From the NCBI RefSeq assembly GCF_900187275.1, contig NZ_LT906458.1, positions 1,050,001 to 1,082,000 on the forward strand: a stretch of 32,000 nucleotides of DNA, written 5' to 3'. A program made the position numbers and the translations under genes. The stretch is from Pasteurella multocida (lineage in GTDB: Bacteria > Pseudomonadota > Gammaproteobacteria > Enterobacterales > Pasteurellaceae). The notes under the pieces were generated by a model. That model had not been told where the DNA came from. It ran no database searches and saw only the letters and a list, made by a program, of their open reading frames with translations. Shown here piece by piece: positions 1 through 11,992 of this stretch (position 1 is its first letter; the number at the start of each line of letters is the position of its first letter).

Positions 1-879
1 TACCGTCGTGAAATTTTAACAGATGAAGAACTCGGTTTAGGTAACTCAATCCACGTGAATGCTTACCGTATTTCAGGCTTAATCCCTGGTGGGTTATCAT
101 TGATTTTAGCGGATAGCTTACCTTGGGATGTAGTATTTATTTTCACTGCGCTCTTTATGATTCCAGGGTTAATTTTGTCATTGTTCTTGAGTAAAGAACC
201 TGATGTACCACAAATTGACCGCTCTTTGCCGTTCTATCATACTTTTGCGTTGCCTTTTAAAGAATTCTTCTCACGCAAAGGCATGGCTTCTGCCTTGGGG
301 CTGATCTTCTTTATCTTCTTATATAAATTTGGTGATTCCCTCGCCACATCCTTGCAAACCAAATTCATTTTAGATATGGGATTTAGCAAAACCGATATTG
401 GTACTGTAGTGAAATTAAATTCACTTTGGGCATCGATTATTTCAGGCATGTTAGGTGGAATTTTAATGCTACGTATTGGTATTAACCGTTCCTTATGGCT
501 ATTTGGTTTTGTGCAATTGATCACCATTTTAGGCTTTGTATGGATGGCGAGTTATGGCAAATTCAATACGATTGGTTCTTTTGAATTCTTTGTTCTCACC
601 ACGGTGATTATTGGGGAATATATCGGGGTAGGCTTAGGCACAGCGGCATTTGTCGCGTTTATGGCGAGAGAAACCAATCCACTTTATACTGCAACACAAT
701 TAGCGATTTTTACTAGTTTATCCGCTATTCCAAGCAAAATATTTAGTGCCTTTTCAGGTGTCTTAGTAGCAGATTATGGCTATTATACGTTCTTTTGGAT
801 CTGCTTCTTTGCGGCAATCCCTGGTATGTTAATGTTGTTTAAGGTCGCCCCTTGGCATAGCGCAGAACAACGCGCATAA
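1..879 (+). CDS. ampG: AmpG-like muropeptide MFS permease, C-terminal part (start lies before the window)
   Basis: Frame 1 is open from base 1 (YRREILTDEELGLGNSIHVNAYRISGLIPGG...) to the stop at 879; multi-span hydrophobic protein with AmpG-like sequence. Confidence 0.8.
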   Translation, partial: YRREILTDEELGLGNSIHVNAYRISGLIPGGLSLILADSLPWDVVFIFTALFMIPGLILSLFLSKEPDVPQIDRSLPFYHTFALPFKEFFSRKGMASALGLIFFIFLYKFGDSLATSLQTKFILDMGFSKTDIGTVVKLNSLWASIISGMLGGILMLRIGINRSLWLFGFVQLITILGFVWMASYGKFNTIGSFEFFVLTTVIIGEYIGVGLGTAAFVAFMARETNPLYTATQLAIFTSLSAIPSKIFSAFSGVLVADYGYYTFFWICFFAAIPGMLMLFKVAPWHSAEQRA

Positions 880-959
880 CTTGCCGAACGGTTGACATTT
901 GGATCAAATTCAGCAACCATAAACCGTTTTGTTTTATTCCGAAAACAATGAAAAATCAC

Positions 960-1672
<713 letters not shown>

Positions 1673-1684
1673 TTTGTTTTTATC

Positions 1685-1713
1685 AAAAAAGGCTGTTTAA
1701 TACAGCCTTTTTT
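1685..1713. terminator. Bidirectional terminator between convergent adk and sucD
   Basis: AAAAAAGGCTGT (1685-1696) ttaat ACAGCCTTTTTT (1702-1713). Confidence 0.85.
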
Positions 1714-1735
1714 GTTATCTGGACCGAAGTGCGGT

Positions 1736-2605
1736 CTATTTCAACAACGATTTTAACGCTGTGCCGATTTCCGCTAAACTGCGTACCGTTTTCACACCAG
1801 CAGCTTCAAGGGCGGCGAATTTTTCATCTGCGGTGCCTTTGCCCCCACTGATAATCGCGCCTGCGTGTCCCATACGCTTACCTTTTGGTGCGGTGACCCC
1901 AGCAATATAGCTCACGACGGGCTTAGTCACATAGTCTTTAATAAAAGCAGCCGCTTCTTCTTCTGCGGAACCACCGATTTCGCCGATCATCACGATCGCT
2001 TCGGTTTGTGGATCATCTTGGAACAGTTTCAAAATATCAATAAAGTTTGACCCAGGGATTGGATCGCCACCAATTCCCACACAAGTGGACTGTCCAAAAC
2101 CTTCATCGGTGGTTTGTTTGACCGCTTCATAGGTTAAGGTACCTGAGCGTGAAACAATACCGATTTTACCTTTTTTGTGAATATTGCCCGGCATGATCCC
2201 GATCTTACATTCTTCTGGCGTAATCACGCCAGGACAGTTAGGACCAATCATACGCACGCCAGTTTGATTCAAGCGTTGTTTTACTTGTAACATATCTAGG
2301 GTTGGGATCCCTTCAGTGATACAAATCACTAACTGAATGCCCGCATCAATGGCTTCCAAAATCGCATCTTTACAACCTGGTGCCGGGACATAAATCACGC
2401 TAGCCGTAGCACCCGTGGCGTCAACCGCATCACGCACAGTATTAAACACCGGTAAGCCTAAATGGGTTGTCCCCCCTTTACCCGGCGAAACACCACCGAC
2501 CAATTGCGTACCGTAAGCCAATGCTTGTTCAGAGTGGAAGGTGCCTTGTCCGCCAGTAAAGCCTTGGCAAATCACTTTGGTATCTTTATTAATTAAAATA
2601 GACAT
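1736..2605 (-). CDS. sucD: Succinyl-CoA synthetase (ADP-forming) alpha subunit
   Basis: [29 protein letters not shown]..., [14 protein letters not shown] motif; 289 aa; directly follows sucC. Confidence 0.98.
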   Translation of the reverse strand: MSILINKDTKVICQGFTGGQGTFHSEQALAYGTQLVGGVSPGKGGTTHLGLPVFNTVRDAVDATGATASVIYVPAPGCKDAILEAIDAGIQLVICITEGIPTLDMLQVKQRLNQTGVRMIGPNCPGVITPEECKIGIMPGNIHKKGKIGIVSRSGTLTYEAVKQTTDEGFGQSTCVGIGGDPIPGSNFIDILKLFQDDPQTEAIVMIGEIGGSAEEEAAAFIKDYVTKPVVSYIAGVTAPKGKRMGHAGAIISGGKGTADEKFAALEAAGVKTVRSLAEIGTALKSLLK

Positions 2606-2606
2606 C

Positions 2607-3773
2607 TTATTTTCCCTCCGCGGCTTTCACAGCTTGAATCGCAGCATCCGTTAAAGTATTTGCCGCAATAATATTCACACCACTGTTTGCTAAAATCTCA
2701 CGACCTAAAGGCGCATTATTCCCTTCTAAACGGACCACCACAGGCACATTGACGCCTACTTCATTCACGGCAGCAATGATCCCTTCTGCAATTAAATCGC
2801 AACGCACGATACCACCAAAGATATTCACTAATACCGCTTTTACTGCACTATCCGATAAGATAATTTTGAATGCTTCCGCCACACGCTCTTTGGTCGCCCC
2901 ACCGCCCACATCAAGGAAGTTTGCCGGTTGACCCCCGTGTAATTTAATAATATCCATGGTCCCCATGGCTAAGCCTGCACCATTCACCATACAACCAATG
3001 TTACCCTCAAGTGCCACATAGTTTAATTGGTGTGATTCTGCAAGCGCTTCACGTGGATCTTCTTGGCTTGGGTCTTGCATCGCTTTTAATGCTGGCTGAC
3101 GGTATAAGGCGTTACTATCGACCACGATTTTGGCATCTAAACACAGTAAATTACCTTCTTTGGTCACCACTAACGGATTCACTTCTAACAGCGCCAAGTC
3201 TTTTTCCACAAACATTTTTGCCATTTGTACGAAAATATGAGCAAATTGTTTAATTTGATCACCTTTTAAACCCAGTTTAAACGCAAGTTCACGCCCTTGG
3301 TATGGCATCCCCCCCGTTAGAGGATCTATCGCCATTTTATGTAATAAGTGCGGTGTTTTTTCCGCCACTTCTTCGATATTTACCCCACCTTCAGTGGATA
3401 CCATAAACACAACACGTTGTGATGCACGATCAAGCACTGCGCCTAAATACAACTCATGTGCAATGCTCGATCCTTCTTCCACATAAAGAGTATTAACAGG
3501 TTGCCCATTAGCATCCGTTTGGAAAGTCACTAAGCGTTGTCCTAACCATTGGTCAGCAAAAGCACGCACTTCGGCTTCGTTACGCACCAATTTCACACCA
3601 CCGGCTTTACCCCGCCCACCTGCGTGAACTTGGCATTTTGCGACCCAAACATCACCATTGAGTTTTTTTATTGCATCTGCGGCTTCATCTGCGCTTTTAC
3701 ACGCATAACCCTTGCCTACTGGCAATTGATATTCTGCAAAAATTTGCTTCGCTTGATACTCGTGTAGGTTCAT
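2607..3773 (-). CDS. sucC: Succinyl-CoA synthetase beta subunit
   Basis: [19 protein letters not shown]... ATP-grasp protein, 388 aa; stop codon is 1 nt from the sucD start. Confidence 0.98.
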   Translation of the reverse strand: MNLHEYQAKQIFAEYQLPVGKGYACKSADEAADAIKKLNGDVWVAKCQVHAGGRGKAGGVKLVRNEAEVRAFADQWLGQRLVTFQTDANGQPVNTLYVEEGSSIAHELYLGAVLDRASQRVVFMVSTEGGVNIEEVAEKTPHLLHKMAIDPLTGGMPYQGRELAFKLGLKGDQIKQFAHIFVQMAKMFVEKDLALLEVNPLVVTKEGNLLCLDAKIVVDSNALYRQPALKAMQDPSQEDPREALAESHQLNYVALEGNIGCMVNGAGLAMGTMDIIKLHGGQPANFLDVGGGATKERVAEAFKIILSDSAVKAVLVNIFGGIVRCDLIAEGIIAAVNEVGVNVPVVVRLEGNNAPLGREILANSGVNIIAANTLTDAAIQAVKAAEGK

Positions 3774-3877
3774 AGCGTTATGTTCCTTATTTTCATATTC
3801 TCAGCCCATATTCAAAGCGAGTTTGTTTATCGTAAGAAATGGCAGAAGTGTTGATTCAAAGTGTCAAATTCATTGAA

Positions 3878-4258
3878 TTACTGCATTGAATGTAATCCAA
3901 TTCGATTGCCTTCAGAATCCTCAATAACCGCATAAAATCCTTCATCGCCAATACTTGTTTTTCCTTGTAATAACTTACCGCCAAATTTCACGGCACGCTC
4001 CGCTTCAACGGTACAGTCTTCACAAGCAAAGAAAAGGGTAAAATTATTTCCTCTTACAACCGGAAAGTCTTTATCTTCATATAACATGCCACCAATGCCA
4101 TATTGCGCATAATCTGTTGAAAAAAAGCAAACAGACATTTTCTCTCCCGAAGGGCAATCACCGTCTGTTAGAGGGAGCTGAAACACGGCTTGATAAAATG
4201 TTTTTGCGCGTTGTAGATTTTCTACATGGATTTCAAACCAAGAAACGGGATTGCTCAT
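3878..4258 (-). CDS. VOC-family (glyoxalase/bleomycin-resistance-like) protein, substrate unknown
   Basis: 126 aa; WFEIHVENLQRAKTFYQAVF start and AVIEDSEGNRIGLHS C-terminus typical of the VOC fold. Confidence 0.8.
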   Translation of the reverse strand: MSNPVSWFEIHVENLQRAKTFYQAVFQLPLTDGDCPSGEKMSVCFFSTDYAQYGIGGMLYEDKDFPVVRGNNFTLFFACEDCTVEAERAVKFGGKLLQGKTSIGDEGFYAVIEDSEGNRIGLHSMQ

Positions 4259-4294
4259 ATTTACCTTTAAACAGATTCTCTTGATGGGGATAAA

Positions 4295-4338
4295 AAGTGC
4301 GGTCTGATTTGAAATTTTTTACCAAATTGACCGCACTT
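4295..4338. terminator. USS-dyad hairpin between sucB and the VOC gene
   Basis: AAGTGCGGTC (4295-4304) / GACCGCACTT (4329-4338), with partial extension of complementarity inward. Confidence 0.6.
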
Positions 4339-4351
4339 ATTCCATGAATGC

Positions 4352-5566
4352 TTAGATTTCTAACAATAAACGGGTTGGATCTTCCAACAATTCTTTAATC
4401 GTTACTAAGAAACCAACTGATTCACGACCATCAATTAAACGGTGATCATAGGAGAGCGCAAGATACATCATCGGACGAATCACCACTTCGCCATTCACCG
4501 CCACGGGGCGATCTTTAATGGCATGCATGCCTAAAATGGCACTTTGTGGAGGATTGATAATCGGGGTAGACATGAGGGAACCGAACACACCACCATTAGT
4601 AATAGTAAAGTTACCCCCGGTTAAATCTTCAACTGTTAATTTTCCGTCACGCCCCTTATCAGCAAGCGCTTTAATTTCTTTTTCAATATCCGCCATGCTT
4701 AATTTATCGCAGTTGCGTAATACTGGGGTAACTAAACCACGTGGTGTCGAAACCGCGATGCTGATATCGAAATAGTTATGATAAATGATATCGTCACCAT
4801 CAATCGACGCATTGACTTCTGGATAACGTTTTAGTGCTTCCACCACAGCTTTAATGTAGAACGACATAAAACCGAGACGCGTGCCGTGTTGTTTTTCAAA
4901 CTTCTCACCATAAGTTTTACGTAATTTCATAATCGGCGCCATGTCCACTTCGTTAAATGTGGTTAACATTGCCGTGCTGTTTTTCGCTTCTAACAAACGC
5001 TCCGCAATACGTTTGCGTAAACGTGTCATTGGTACACGTTTTTCCTCACGATTACCGACAACAAACGCAGGCTCAGCCGGCTTATTCGGCGCTTTATTGG
5101 CTTTTTGCGCGATAACTTTCTCCACATCTTCGCGTGTAATACGCCCGCCCACACCGCTTCCTTTAATGTTTTCTGCATTTAAGTCATGCTCAGCAATTAA
5201 ACGACGTACCCCCGGGCTCACCGAGTCGCTACCCACTGATTCAGTACTTAAATTCGCATGATGGCGATCCGCCGGCGTTGGCTCCTGAGTGACAACCGTT
5301 TCTTTAGTGACACCACCCGCTACGGCTGTGGCTGACAATTTACCTAATAATTGTTTACTGATAACGGTGGCGCCTTCTGCTTCAATAATCGCTTCAAGTA
5401 CACCATCAGATTGTGCTGGGACTTCAAGTACCACTTTATCGGTTTCAATTTCGACTAAAATCTCATCACGTTTTACGACATCACCCACTTTCTTATGCCA
5501 AGTTACAACCGTTGCATCGGCGACAGATTCTGGTAAATCGGGAGTTATAATCTCAAAATTGCTCAT
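4352..5566 (-). CDS. sucB: 2-oxoglutarate dehydrogenase E2, dihydrolipoyl succinyltransferase
   Basis: Single lipoyl domain with [12 protein letters not shown], peripheral-subunit-binding segment ([13 protein letters not shown]), catalytic DHRLIDGRE; 404 aa. Confidence 0.97.
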   Translation of the reverse strand: MSNFEIITPDLPESVADATVVTWHKKVGDVVKRDEILVEIETDKVVLEVPAQSDGVLEAIIEAEGATVISKQLLGKLSATAVAGGVTKETVVTQEPTPADRHHANLSTESVGSDSVSPGVRRLIAEHDLNAENIKGSGVGGRITREDVEKVIAQKANKAPNKPAEPAFVVGNREEKRVPMTRLRKRIAERLLEAKNSTAMLTTFNEVDMAPIMKLRKTYGEKFEKQHGTRLGFMSFYIKAVVEALKRYPEVNASIDGDDIIYHNYFDISIAVSTPRGLVTPVLRNCDKLSMADIEKEIKALADKGRDGKLTVEDLTGGNFTITNGGVFGSLMSTPIINPPQSAILGMHAIKDRPVAVNGEVVIRPMMYLALSYDHRLIDGRESVGFLVTIKELLEDPTRLLLEI

Positions 5567-5600
5567 TTTTCTTTCCTTTTATCAGTTTTATTTTTGCGAA

Positions 5601-5636
5601 AAGTGCGGTCTGTTTTCATCAAACCTGACCACACTT
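5601..5636 (-). promoter_or_regulatory. Stem-loop in the sucA-sucB intergenic region
   Basis: AAGTGCGGTC (5601-5610) / GACCACACTT (5627-5636); on the sense (minus) transcript all 10 positions pair, one as G-U. Confidence 0.45.
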
Positions 5637-5640
5637 TCCA

Positions 5641-8436
5641 TTAGGCTAACGCCTCATTCACTAATGCGGTTTGCTGTTCATTATGTAACGACATATACCC
5701 CACCGCCGGTGAAGCCGAAGCTGGACGACCGACATAACGTAGCTTGCCATGTTCAGGAATAGACGACACAAAATTATGTTGGCTACAATACCATGCCCCT
5801 TGATTCAAAGGTTCCTCTTGGCACCACACATAATCCGTGACATGGCTATAATCCGCTAAAATCTGTTTCATTTCCTCATGAGGATAAGGATAAAGCTGTT
5901 CAATACGAATAATTGCAACATCACTTTGATTATTTTTACGACGCTGCTCTAATAAATCATAATACACTTTACCGGAACACATCACGACCCGTCTGACGTG
6001 TTTTGGATCCAATGCATCGACTTCAGGAATAACATTTTGGAATTTACCATCAATTAATTCTTCCATCGTCGATACTGCTAATGGATGACGCAGTAAGGAT
6101 TTTGGTGAAATCACAACCAACGGACGACGTACTTTACGGATCATTTGACGGCGTAATAAGTGATAAATCTGTGCTGGCGTTGACGGCACACAGACTTGCA
6201 TATTTTGCTGTGCGCAAAGTTGTAAATAACGCTCTAAACGGGCGGATGAATGCTCTGGTCCTTGTCCTTCATAGCCATGTGGTAACAACATCACTAAACC
6301 ACACATCCTGCCCCATTTCTGTTCACCAGAACTAATAAACTGATCCACCACCACTTGTGCACAGTTAGCGAAATCGCCAAATTGTGCCTCCCAAATGGTT
6401 AAGGTTTTTGGATCGGTTGTCGCGTAACCATATTCAAAGGCTAACACGGCATTTTCTGTTAAGACTGAATCCCACACTTCAAAGCGCCCTTGTGAACCAT
6501 GTAAATTCGCTAATGGGATGTAAAGGGTTGCATCTTTTTGGTTGTGTAAAACGGAATGACGATGGAAAAAAGTACCACGTCCAGCATCTTCACCAGATAA
6601 ACGCACATGATAGCCTTCATCTAACAACGTGGCATACGCCATGGTTTCTGCCATGCCCCAATCAAATAATTTTTCACCATTTGCCATTAATGTGCGGTCG
6701 GCATAAATTTTATTGACGCGTGAATGTAATTCATGCTGTGCAGGATATTCACATACTTTTTGAGCTAACCCTTTGAAACGTGCTGCATCAAATTTGCTTT
6801 CATATTCACACCATTCACGGCTTAAATATTTCGTCCAATCTTTAGTGGTTAAATCCATTTCACGCCATTCCGCGACCACACAATCACCACGATCTAAGGC
6901 ATCACGGTAATTATTCACAAGCTCTGTCGCGGCTTCTTCATTAATCACGCCTTGTGCAATCAAACGATCCGCATACACTTTGCGTGGCGTCGGATGTTTT
7001 TTAATACGGTCATACATTAATGGTTGAGTCGCTGAAGGTTCATCCGCCTCATTATGTCCATGACGACGATAAGAGACTAAATCAATGAAAATATCCCGTT
7101 TAAATAAAGTACGGTATTCCACCGCCATACGTGCAGCATAGGCTACCGCTTCAGGATCATCGCCATTAACATGGATCACTGGCGCTTCAATCATTTTAGC
7201 AATGTCAGTACAGTATTCGGTAGAACGAGTATCATGCGGATTTGAAGTAGTAAAACCAATTTGGTTGTTGATCACAATGCGAATTGTCCCACCCACGCTA
7301 TAACCACGGGTGCCTGACATGTTTAACGTTTCTTGCACCACACCTTGCCCAATGACCGCAGAATCGCCGTGTACAGTCACAGGTAACACTTTGGCTTTTT
7401 CATGGTCATTAATGCGTTTTTGTCTTGCTCGCACCGAGCCAATTACCACTGGGCTGACAATTTCTAAGTGAGAAGGGTTAAAAGCTAGGACTAAATGTAC
7501 AATGCCATCATCGGTCATAAAATCAGAGGAAAAACCTTGGTGATATTTCACATCACCGGTTCCATTACCATTGTGTTTCCCCGCAAATTCATCAAATAAT
7601 TCTGATGGTTTTTTACCAAGTACGTTGACCAACATATTCAAACGCCCACGGTGTGCCATCCCCATCGCAATTTCATCAATGCCATTACGCTTACCATGAC
7701 GAACAATTTCTTTCATCAAGAGAATAAACGAATCACTTCCTTCTAAGGAAAAACGTTTTGCACCCGGGAATTTCGCCCCTAAATAGCGCTCTAGCCCGTC
7801 TGCTGCCGTTAACTCTTCTAAAAATTTAAGTTGTTCTTCTTTGTTAAAGCCTTGCGTTACACGTGACTCAAGCTTATTTTGCAACCAGGTTCTGGCTTCT
7901 ACATCGTTAACATGCATGAACTCTAACCCAATCGTGCCACAATAGGTTTTTTGTAATAAGTCTTGTAATTCTCGTAACGAAATTTGATTACGGTGTGCAA
8001 CTTCGCCCCCTAAATCAAAGGTTTCATCCAGATCACTTTCCGTAAAACCATGGTATTTATAATCGAGGGTTGGCGCGTCCATCCGTTGCCAAAGATTTAA
8101 AGGATCAAGGTCTGCATGCAAATGACCACGATTGCGATGGGCGTTGACGTAAGCCAGTAATTTCACTAATCTTGCACTTACATTGGGATCAATAACACTG
8201 ACACCATTTGGAGAATTATCGCGGGCTAAACGTTTGAAATAATCACGGACTTGGGAATGGGGTTGCTCAACGGCAGTATGAGATTTCGGAAGGGCGTTAA
8301 AAATAGTTTGCCAACTGGCATCGACAGAGTCGGGATCACGAAGGTAATCTTCATAGAGTTCTTCGATGTAAGACTGATTGGTACCACCGAGAGCACTTGA
8401 AGTTAACCACTCGCTAATGGGTGTATTTTTTTGCAT
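5641..8436 (-). CDS. sucA: 2-oxoglutarate dehydrogenase E1
   Basis: MQKNTPISEWLTSSALGGTNQSYIEELYEDYLRDPDSVDASW...; GMAHRGRLNMLVNVLGK; GDSAVIGQGVVQETLNMSG. The ORF track starts at 8514, but homologous N-terminus begins at the ATG at 8436. Confidence 0.97.
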   Translation of the reverse strand: MQKNTPISEWLTSSALGGTNQSYIEELYEDYLRDPDSVDASWQTIFNALPKSHTAVEQPHSQVRDYFKRLARDNSPNGVSVIDPNVSARLVKLLAYVNAHRNRGHLHADLDPLNLWQRMDAPTLDYKYHGFTESDLDETFDLGGEVAHRNQISLRELQDLLQKTYCGTIGLEFMHVNDVEARTWLQNKLESRVTQGFNKEEQLKFLEELTAADGLERYLGAKFPGAKRFSLEGSDSFILLMKEIVRHGKRNGIDEIAMGMAHRGRLNMLVNVLGKKPSELFDEFAGKHNGNGTGDVKYHQGFSSDFMTDDGIVHLVLAFNPSHLEIVSPVVIGSVRARQKRINDHEKAKVLPVTVHGDSAVIGQGVVQETLNMSGTRGYSVGGTIRIVINNQIGFTTSNPHDTRSTEYCTDIAKMIEAPVIHVNGDDPEAVAYAARMAVEYRTLFKRDIFIDLVSYRRHGHNEADEPSATQPLMYDRIKKHPTPRKVYADRLIAQGVINEEAATELVNNYRDALDRGDCVVAEWREMDLTTKDWTKYLSREWCEYESKFDAARFKGLAQKVCEYPAQHELHSRVNKIYADRTLMANGEKLFDWGMAETMAYATLLDEGYHVRLSGEDAGRGTFFHRHSVLHNQKDATLYIPLANLHGSQGRFEVWDSVLTENAVLAFEYGYATTDPKTLTIWEAQFGDFANCAQVVVDQFISSGEQKWGRMCGLVMLLPHGYEGQGPEHSSARLERYLQLCAQQNMQVCVPSTPAQIYHLLRRQMIRKVRRPLVVISPKSLLRHPLAVSTMEELIDGKFQNVIPEVDALDPKHVRRVVMCSGKVYYDLLEQRRKNNQSDVAIIRIEQLYPYPHEEMKQILADYSHVTDYVWCQEEPLNQGAWYCSQHNFVSSIPEHGKLRYVGRPASASPAVGYMSLHNEQQTALVNEALA

Positions 8437-8574
8437 TAGGACCACCTGACACAATGATTTAGTAATAATAAGGAGTGAGAATCGTTGGACTATTATAACG
8501 CAAAACAAGCCCAATTATCCTTTCTTTATGTAAGCTATTTGCTACGATTAAAAAGCAAAACGCGTGAATAAGCA

Positions 8575-8586
8575 ACACAATTGTGT
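8575..8586. promoter_or_regulatory. 12-bp palindrome in the divergent sucA/gltA intergenic region, possible operator
   Basis: ACACAATTGTGT, perfect palindrome, in AT-rich DNA between divergent TCA-cycle genes. Confidence 0.25.
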
Positions 8587-8753
8587 AACAGAGCATTAAC
8601 ATTTTTACTATTTTTTGATCTCTGTCGCACTTTTAGAAAATAACATTTTATTTACAATTTTTTTTTCACAATAATGAAGACACTGACTCTTTTAAGCTTT
8701 ATAGTTAATTAAAATGCAATAAAACACAACTTACTAAAAAGGAAGGATGACTT

Positions 8754-10040
8754 ATGTCTGAATTAACTGCAAAACTGACCCTTAGCGATGGACGTGAATA
8801 TGACCTACCTGTACATAAAGGCTCTCTTGGTTATGATGCAATAGATGTACAATCTCTGGTTAAGAATAAACTATTCACCTTCGATCCAGGCTTTATGTCA
8901 ACAGCCTGTTGCCGCTCTGAAATTACTTATATCGATGGCGATAATGGTGTTTTATTACATCGTGGCTATCCTATTGCTGAGCTAGCTAAAAATGCAGATT
9001 ACCTTGAAGTTGCGCATTTATTACTTTTTGGTGAAAGACCGTCTCCTGAAGAATACAAAAACTTTACGCAATTAGTCCGTCGTCATACCCTCGTTCACGA
9101 ACAAATCTCTCGCTTTTTCCACGGTTTCCGTCGTGACTCACACCCAATGGCAATCATGTGTGGGGTAAGTGGTGCTTTAGCCGCCTTCTACCATGACTCC
9201 TTAGATATTAATGATATTACTCACCGTGAAATCACCGCAATTCGTTTACTTGCTAAAATGCCAACTTTGGCGGCGATGTGCTATAAATACTCGATTGGTC
9301 AGCCTTTCATGTTCCCGCAAAATCATCTCTCTTATTCCGGTAATTTCCTTTACATGATGTTTGCGACGCCTTGTGAACCTTACATCGTTAACCCGGTATT
9401 AGAGCGTGCCATGGATCGTATTTTCATTTTGCATGCTGACCATGAACAAAATGCGTCCACCTCAACCGTGCGCACCGCAGCCTCTTCTGGCGCCAATCCA
9501 TTTGCCTGTATTGCAGCAGGTATTGCCTCACTTTGGGGACCTGCTCATGGTGGCGCTAATGAAGCCTGTATCAATATGTTAGAAGAAATTGGCACAGTCG
9601 ATCGTATTCCTGAATTTATTGCTCGTGCAAAAGACAAAAATGATCCATTCCGATTAATGGGCTTTGGTCACCGTGTGTATAAAAACTATGACCCGCGTGC
9701 CAAAGTCATGCGTCAAACCTGTCATGAAGTTTTAAAAGAGCTCAATATTCAAAATCCGCTCTTTGATGTTGCTATGGAATTAGAGCGTATTGCACTCAGT
9801 GACCCGTATTTCATTGACCATAAGTTGTATCCAAATGTGGATTTCTATTCTGGTATTATTCTCAAGGCTATTGGTATTCCAACATCCATGTTTACGGTGA
9901 TGTTCGCCTTAGCCAGAACGGTAGGTTGGATTGCACATTGGAAAGAAATGTTCAAACCGGGCAATATGAAAATTGTCCGCCCTCGCCAGCTCTACATGGG
10001 TGAAAAAGAACGTTCTTTTGAAGCTATGGACAAGAGTTAA
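8754..10040 (+). CDS. gltA: Citrate synthase
   Basis: [32 protein letters not shown]...; [25 protein letters not shown] and [15 protein letters not shown] motifs; 428 aa; GGAAGGA ribosome-binding site upstream. Confidence 0.98.
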   Translation: MSELTAKLTLSDGREYDLPVHKGSLGYDAIDVQSLVKNKLFTFDPGFMSTACCRSEITYIDGDNGVLLHRGYPIAELAKNADYLEVAHLLLFGERPSPEEYKNFTQLVRRHTLVHEQISRFFHGFRRDSHPMAIMCGVSGALAAFYHDSLDINDITHREITAIRLLAKMPTLAAMCYKYSIGQPFMFPQNHLSYSGNFLYMMFATPCEPYIVNPVLERAMDRIFILHADHEQNASTSTVRTAASSGANPFACIAAGIASLWGPAHGGANEACINMLEEIGTVDRIPEFIARAKDKNDPFRLMGFGHRVYKNYDPRAKVMRQTCHEVLKELNIQNPLFDVAMELERIALSDPYFIDHKLYPNVDFYSGIILKAIGIPTSMFTVMFALARTVGWIAHWKEMFKPGNMKIVRPRQLYMGEKERSFEAMDKS

Positions 10041-10069
10041 AAATACGCGAAAAACTGACCGCACTTTAT

Positions 10070-10104
10070 TGCACCTGCCGAGCACGACGTCACCGGCAGG
10101 TGCA
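10070..10104 (+). terminator. Hairpin downstream of gltA
   Basis: 11-bp inverted repeat TGCACCTGCCG (10070-10080) / CGGCAGGTGCA (10094-10104); no long T-tract. Confidence 0.5.
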
Positions 10105-10155
10105 CTCTTAATACAATGCCTTTCCTTCCCCGCTATCACTTCCTTTCTCTCTTAA

Positions 10156-11295
<1,140 letters not shown>

Positions 11296-11312
11296 TGAGA
11301 TAAGTTTAATTT

Positions 11313-11344
11313 AAGGTGCTGTGGCGAATACGTCATTGCACCTT
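11313..11344 (+). promoter_or_regulatory. dctP-dctQ intergenic stem-loop, possible attenuator or mRNA-stabilising element
   Basis: AAGGTGC (11313-11319) / GCACCTT (11338-11344) followed by TTT. Confidence 0.45.
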
Positions 11345-11365
11345 TTTATATGCTTGGAGGAGTAA

Positions 11366-11992
11366 ATGTCTTCACTCAAATGGTTTTGGGAACGTTTTGA
11401 AGAATGCCTGATTTCAATTTTGTTAGCAATCATGACTCTCGTCACGTTCTTCTATGTGGTTTTCAATAACTTATACAATGTGTTTTTCGATTTAGCGGAT
11501 CGTTATCCGAGTATCGCGGGTATTGCTGAACCGATTGGCGAATTTATTATGAATGTGGCGCAAGAAATGACTTGGAGTATCGCTATTACCAAAGCCTGTT
11601 TCGGCTGGCTCATTTTCTTTGGCGCCTCTTATGGTGTGCGCACAGCAGGACATATTGGTGTCGATGCTGTTGTGAAACTCTTTGCGCGTTCAACACAGCG
11701 TACTCTTGGCATCATCGCATGCACTGTTTGCATTATTTATGGGATCTTAATTGCTTCTGCCAGTTATGAATGGATTAATGCCATGTATATCGCCAACATT
11801 GGGGCAGATGATTTACATCATTTTGATATCAAACTTTGGCAAATTGGCATGATTATGCCGATTGGGTTTACCTTAATTGGTATTCGTTTTATTGAAATTT
11901 TAGTTCGTATTTTACGCGGTAAACAAGTGGGATTAGGGCTTGCTGATGAGAGCGGTGATGCGATGAAGCTCGCACAAGGAGAAGAAAAATGA
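11366..11992 (+). CDS. dctQ: TRAP transporter small permease, DctQ family
   Basis: 208 aa, four hydrophobic segments, located between DctP and DctM. Confidence 0.88.
   Translation: MSSLKWFWERFEECLISILLAIMTLVTFFYVVFNNLYNVFFDLADRYPSIAGIAEPIGEFIMNVAQEMTWSIAITKACFGWLIFFGASYGVRTAGHIGVDAVVKLFARSTQRTLGIIACTVCIIYGILIASASYEWINAMYIANIGADDLHHFDIKLWQIGMIMPIGFTLIGIRFIEILVRILRGKQVGLGLADESGDAMKLAQGEEK

Noticed and set aside
5289-5762. 157-aa plus-strand ORF antisense to sucB and the sucA 3' end
   Set aside because: Low-complexity Thr/Ser/Val composition mirrored from the E2 linker and lipoyl domain; no ribosome-binding site or family resemblance.
8437-8514. N-terminal extension of sucA in the ORF track
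   Set aside because: MGLFCVIIVQRFSLLIITKSLCQVVL precedes the conserved MQKNTPISEWL start and is probably untranslated leader.
10070-10104. Inverted repeat after gltA as a mobile-element end or attachment site
   Set aside because: There is no second copy, flanking direct repeat, integrase or transposase nearby; a transcription-termination hairpin is simpler.
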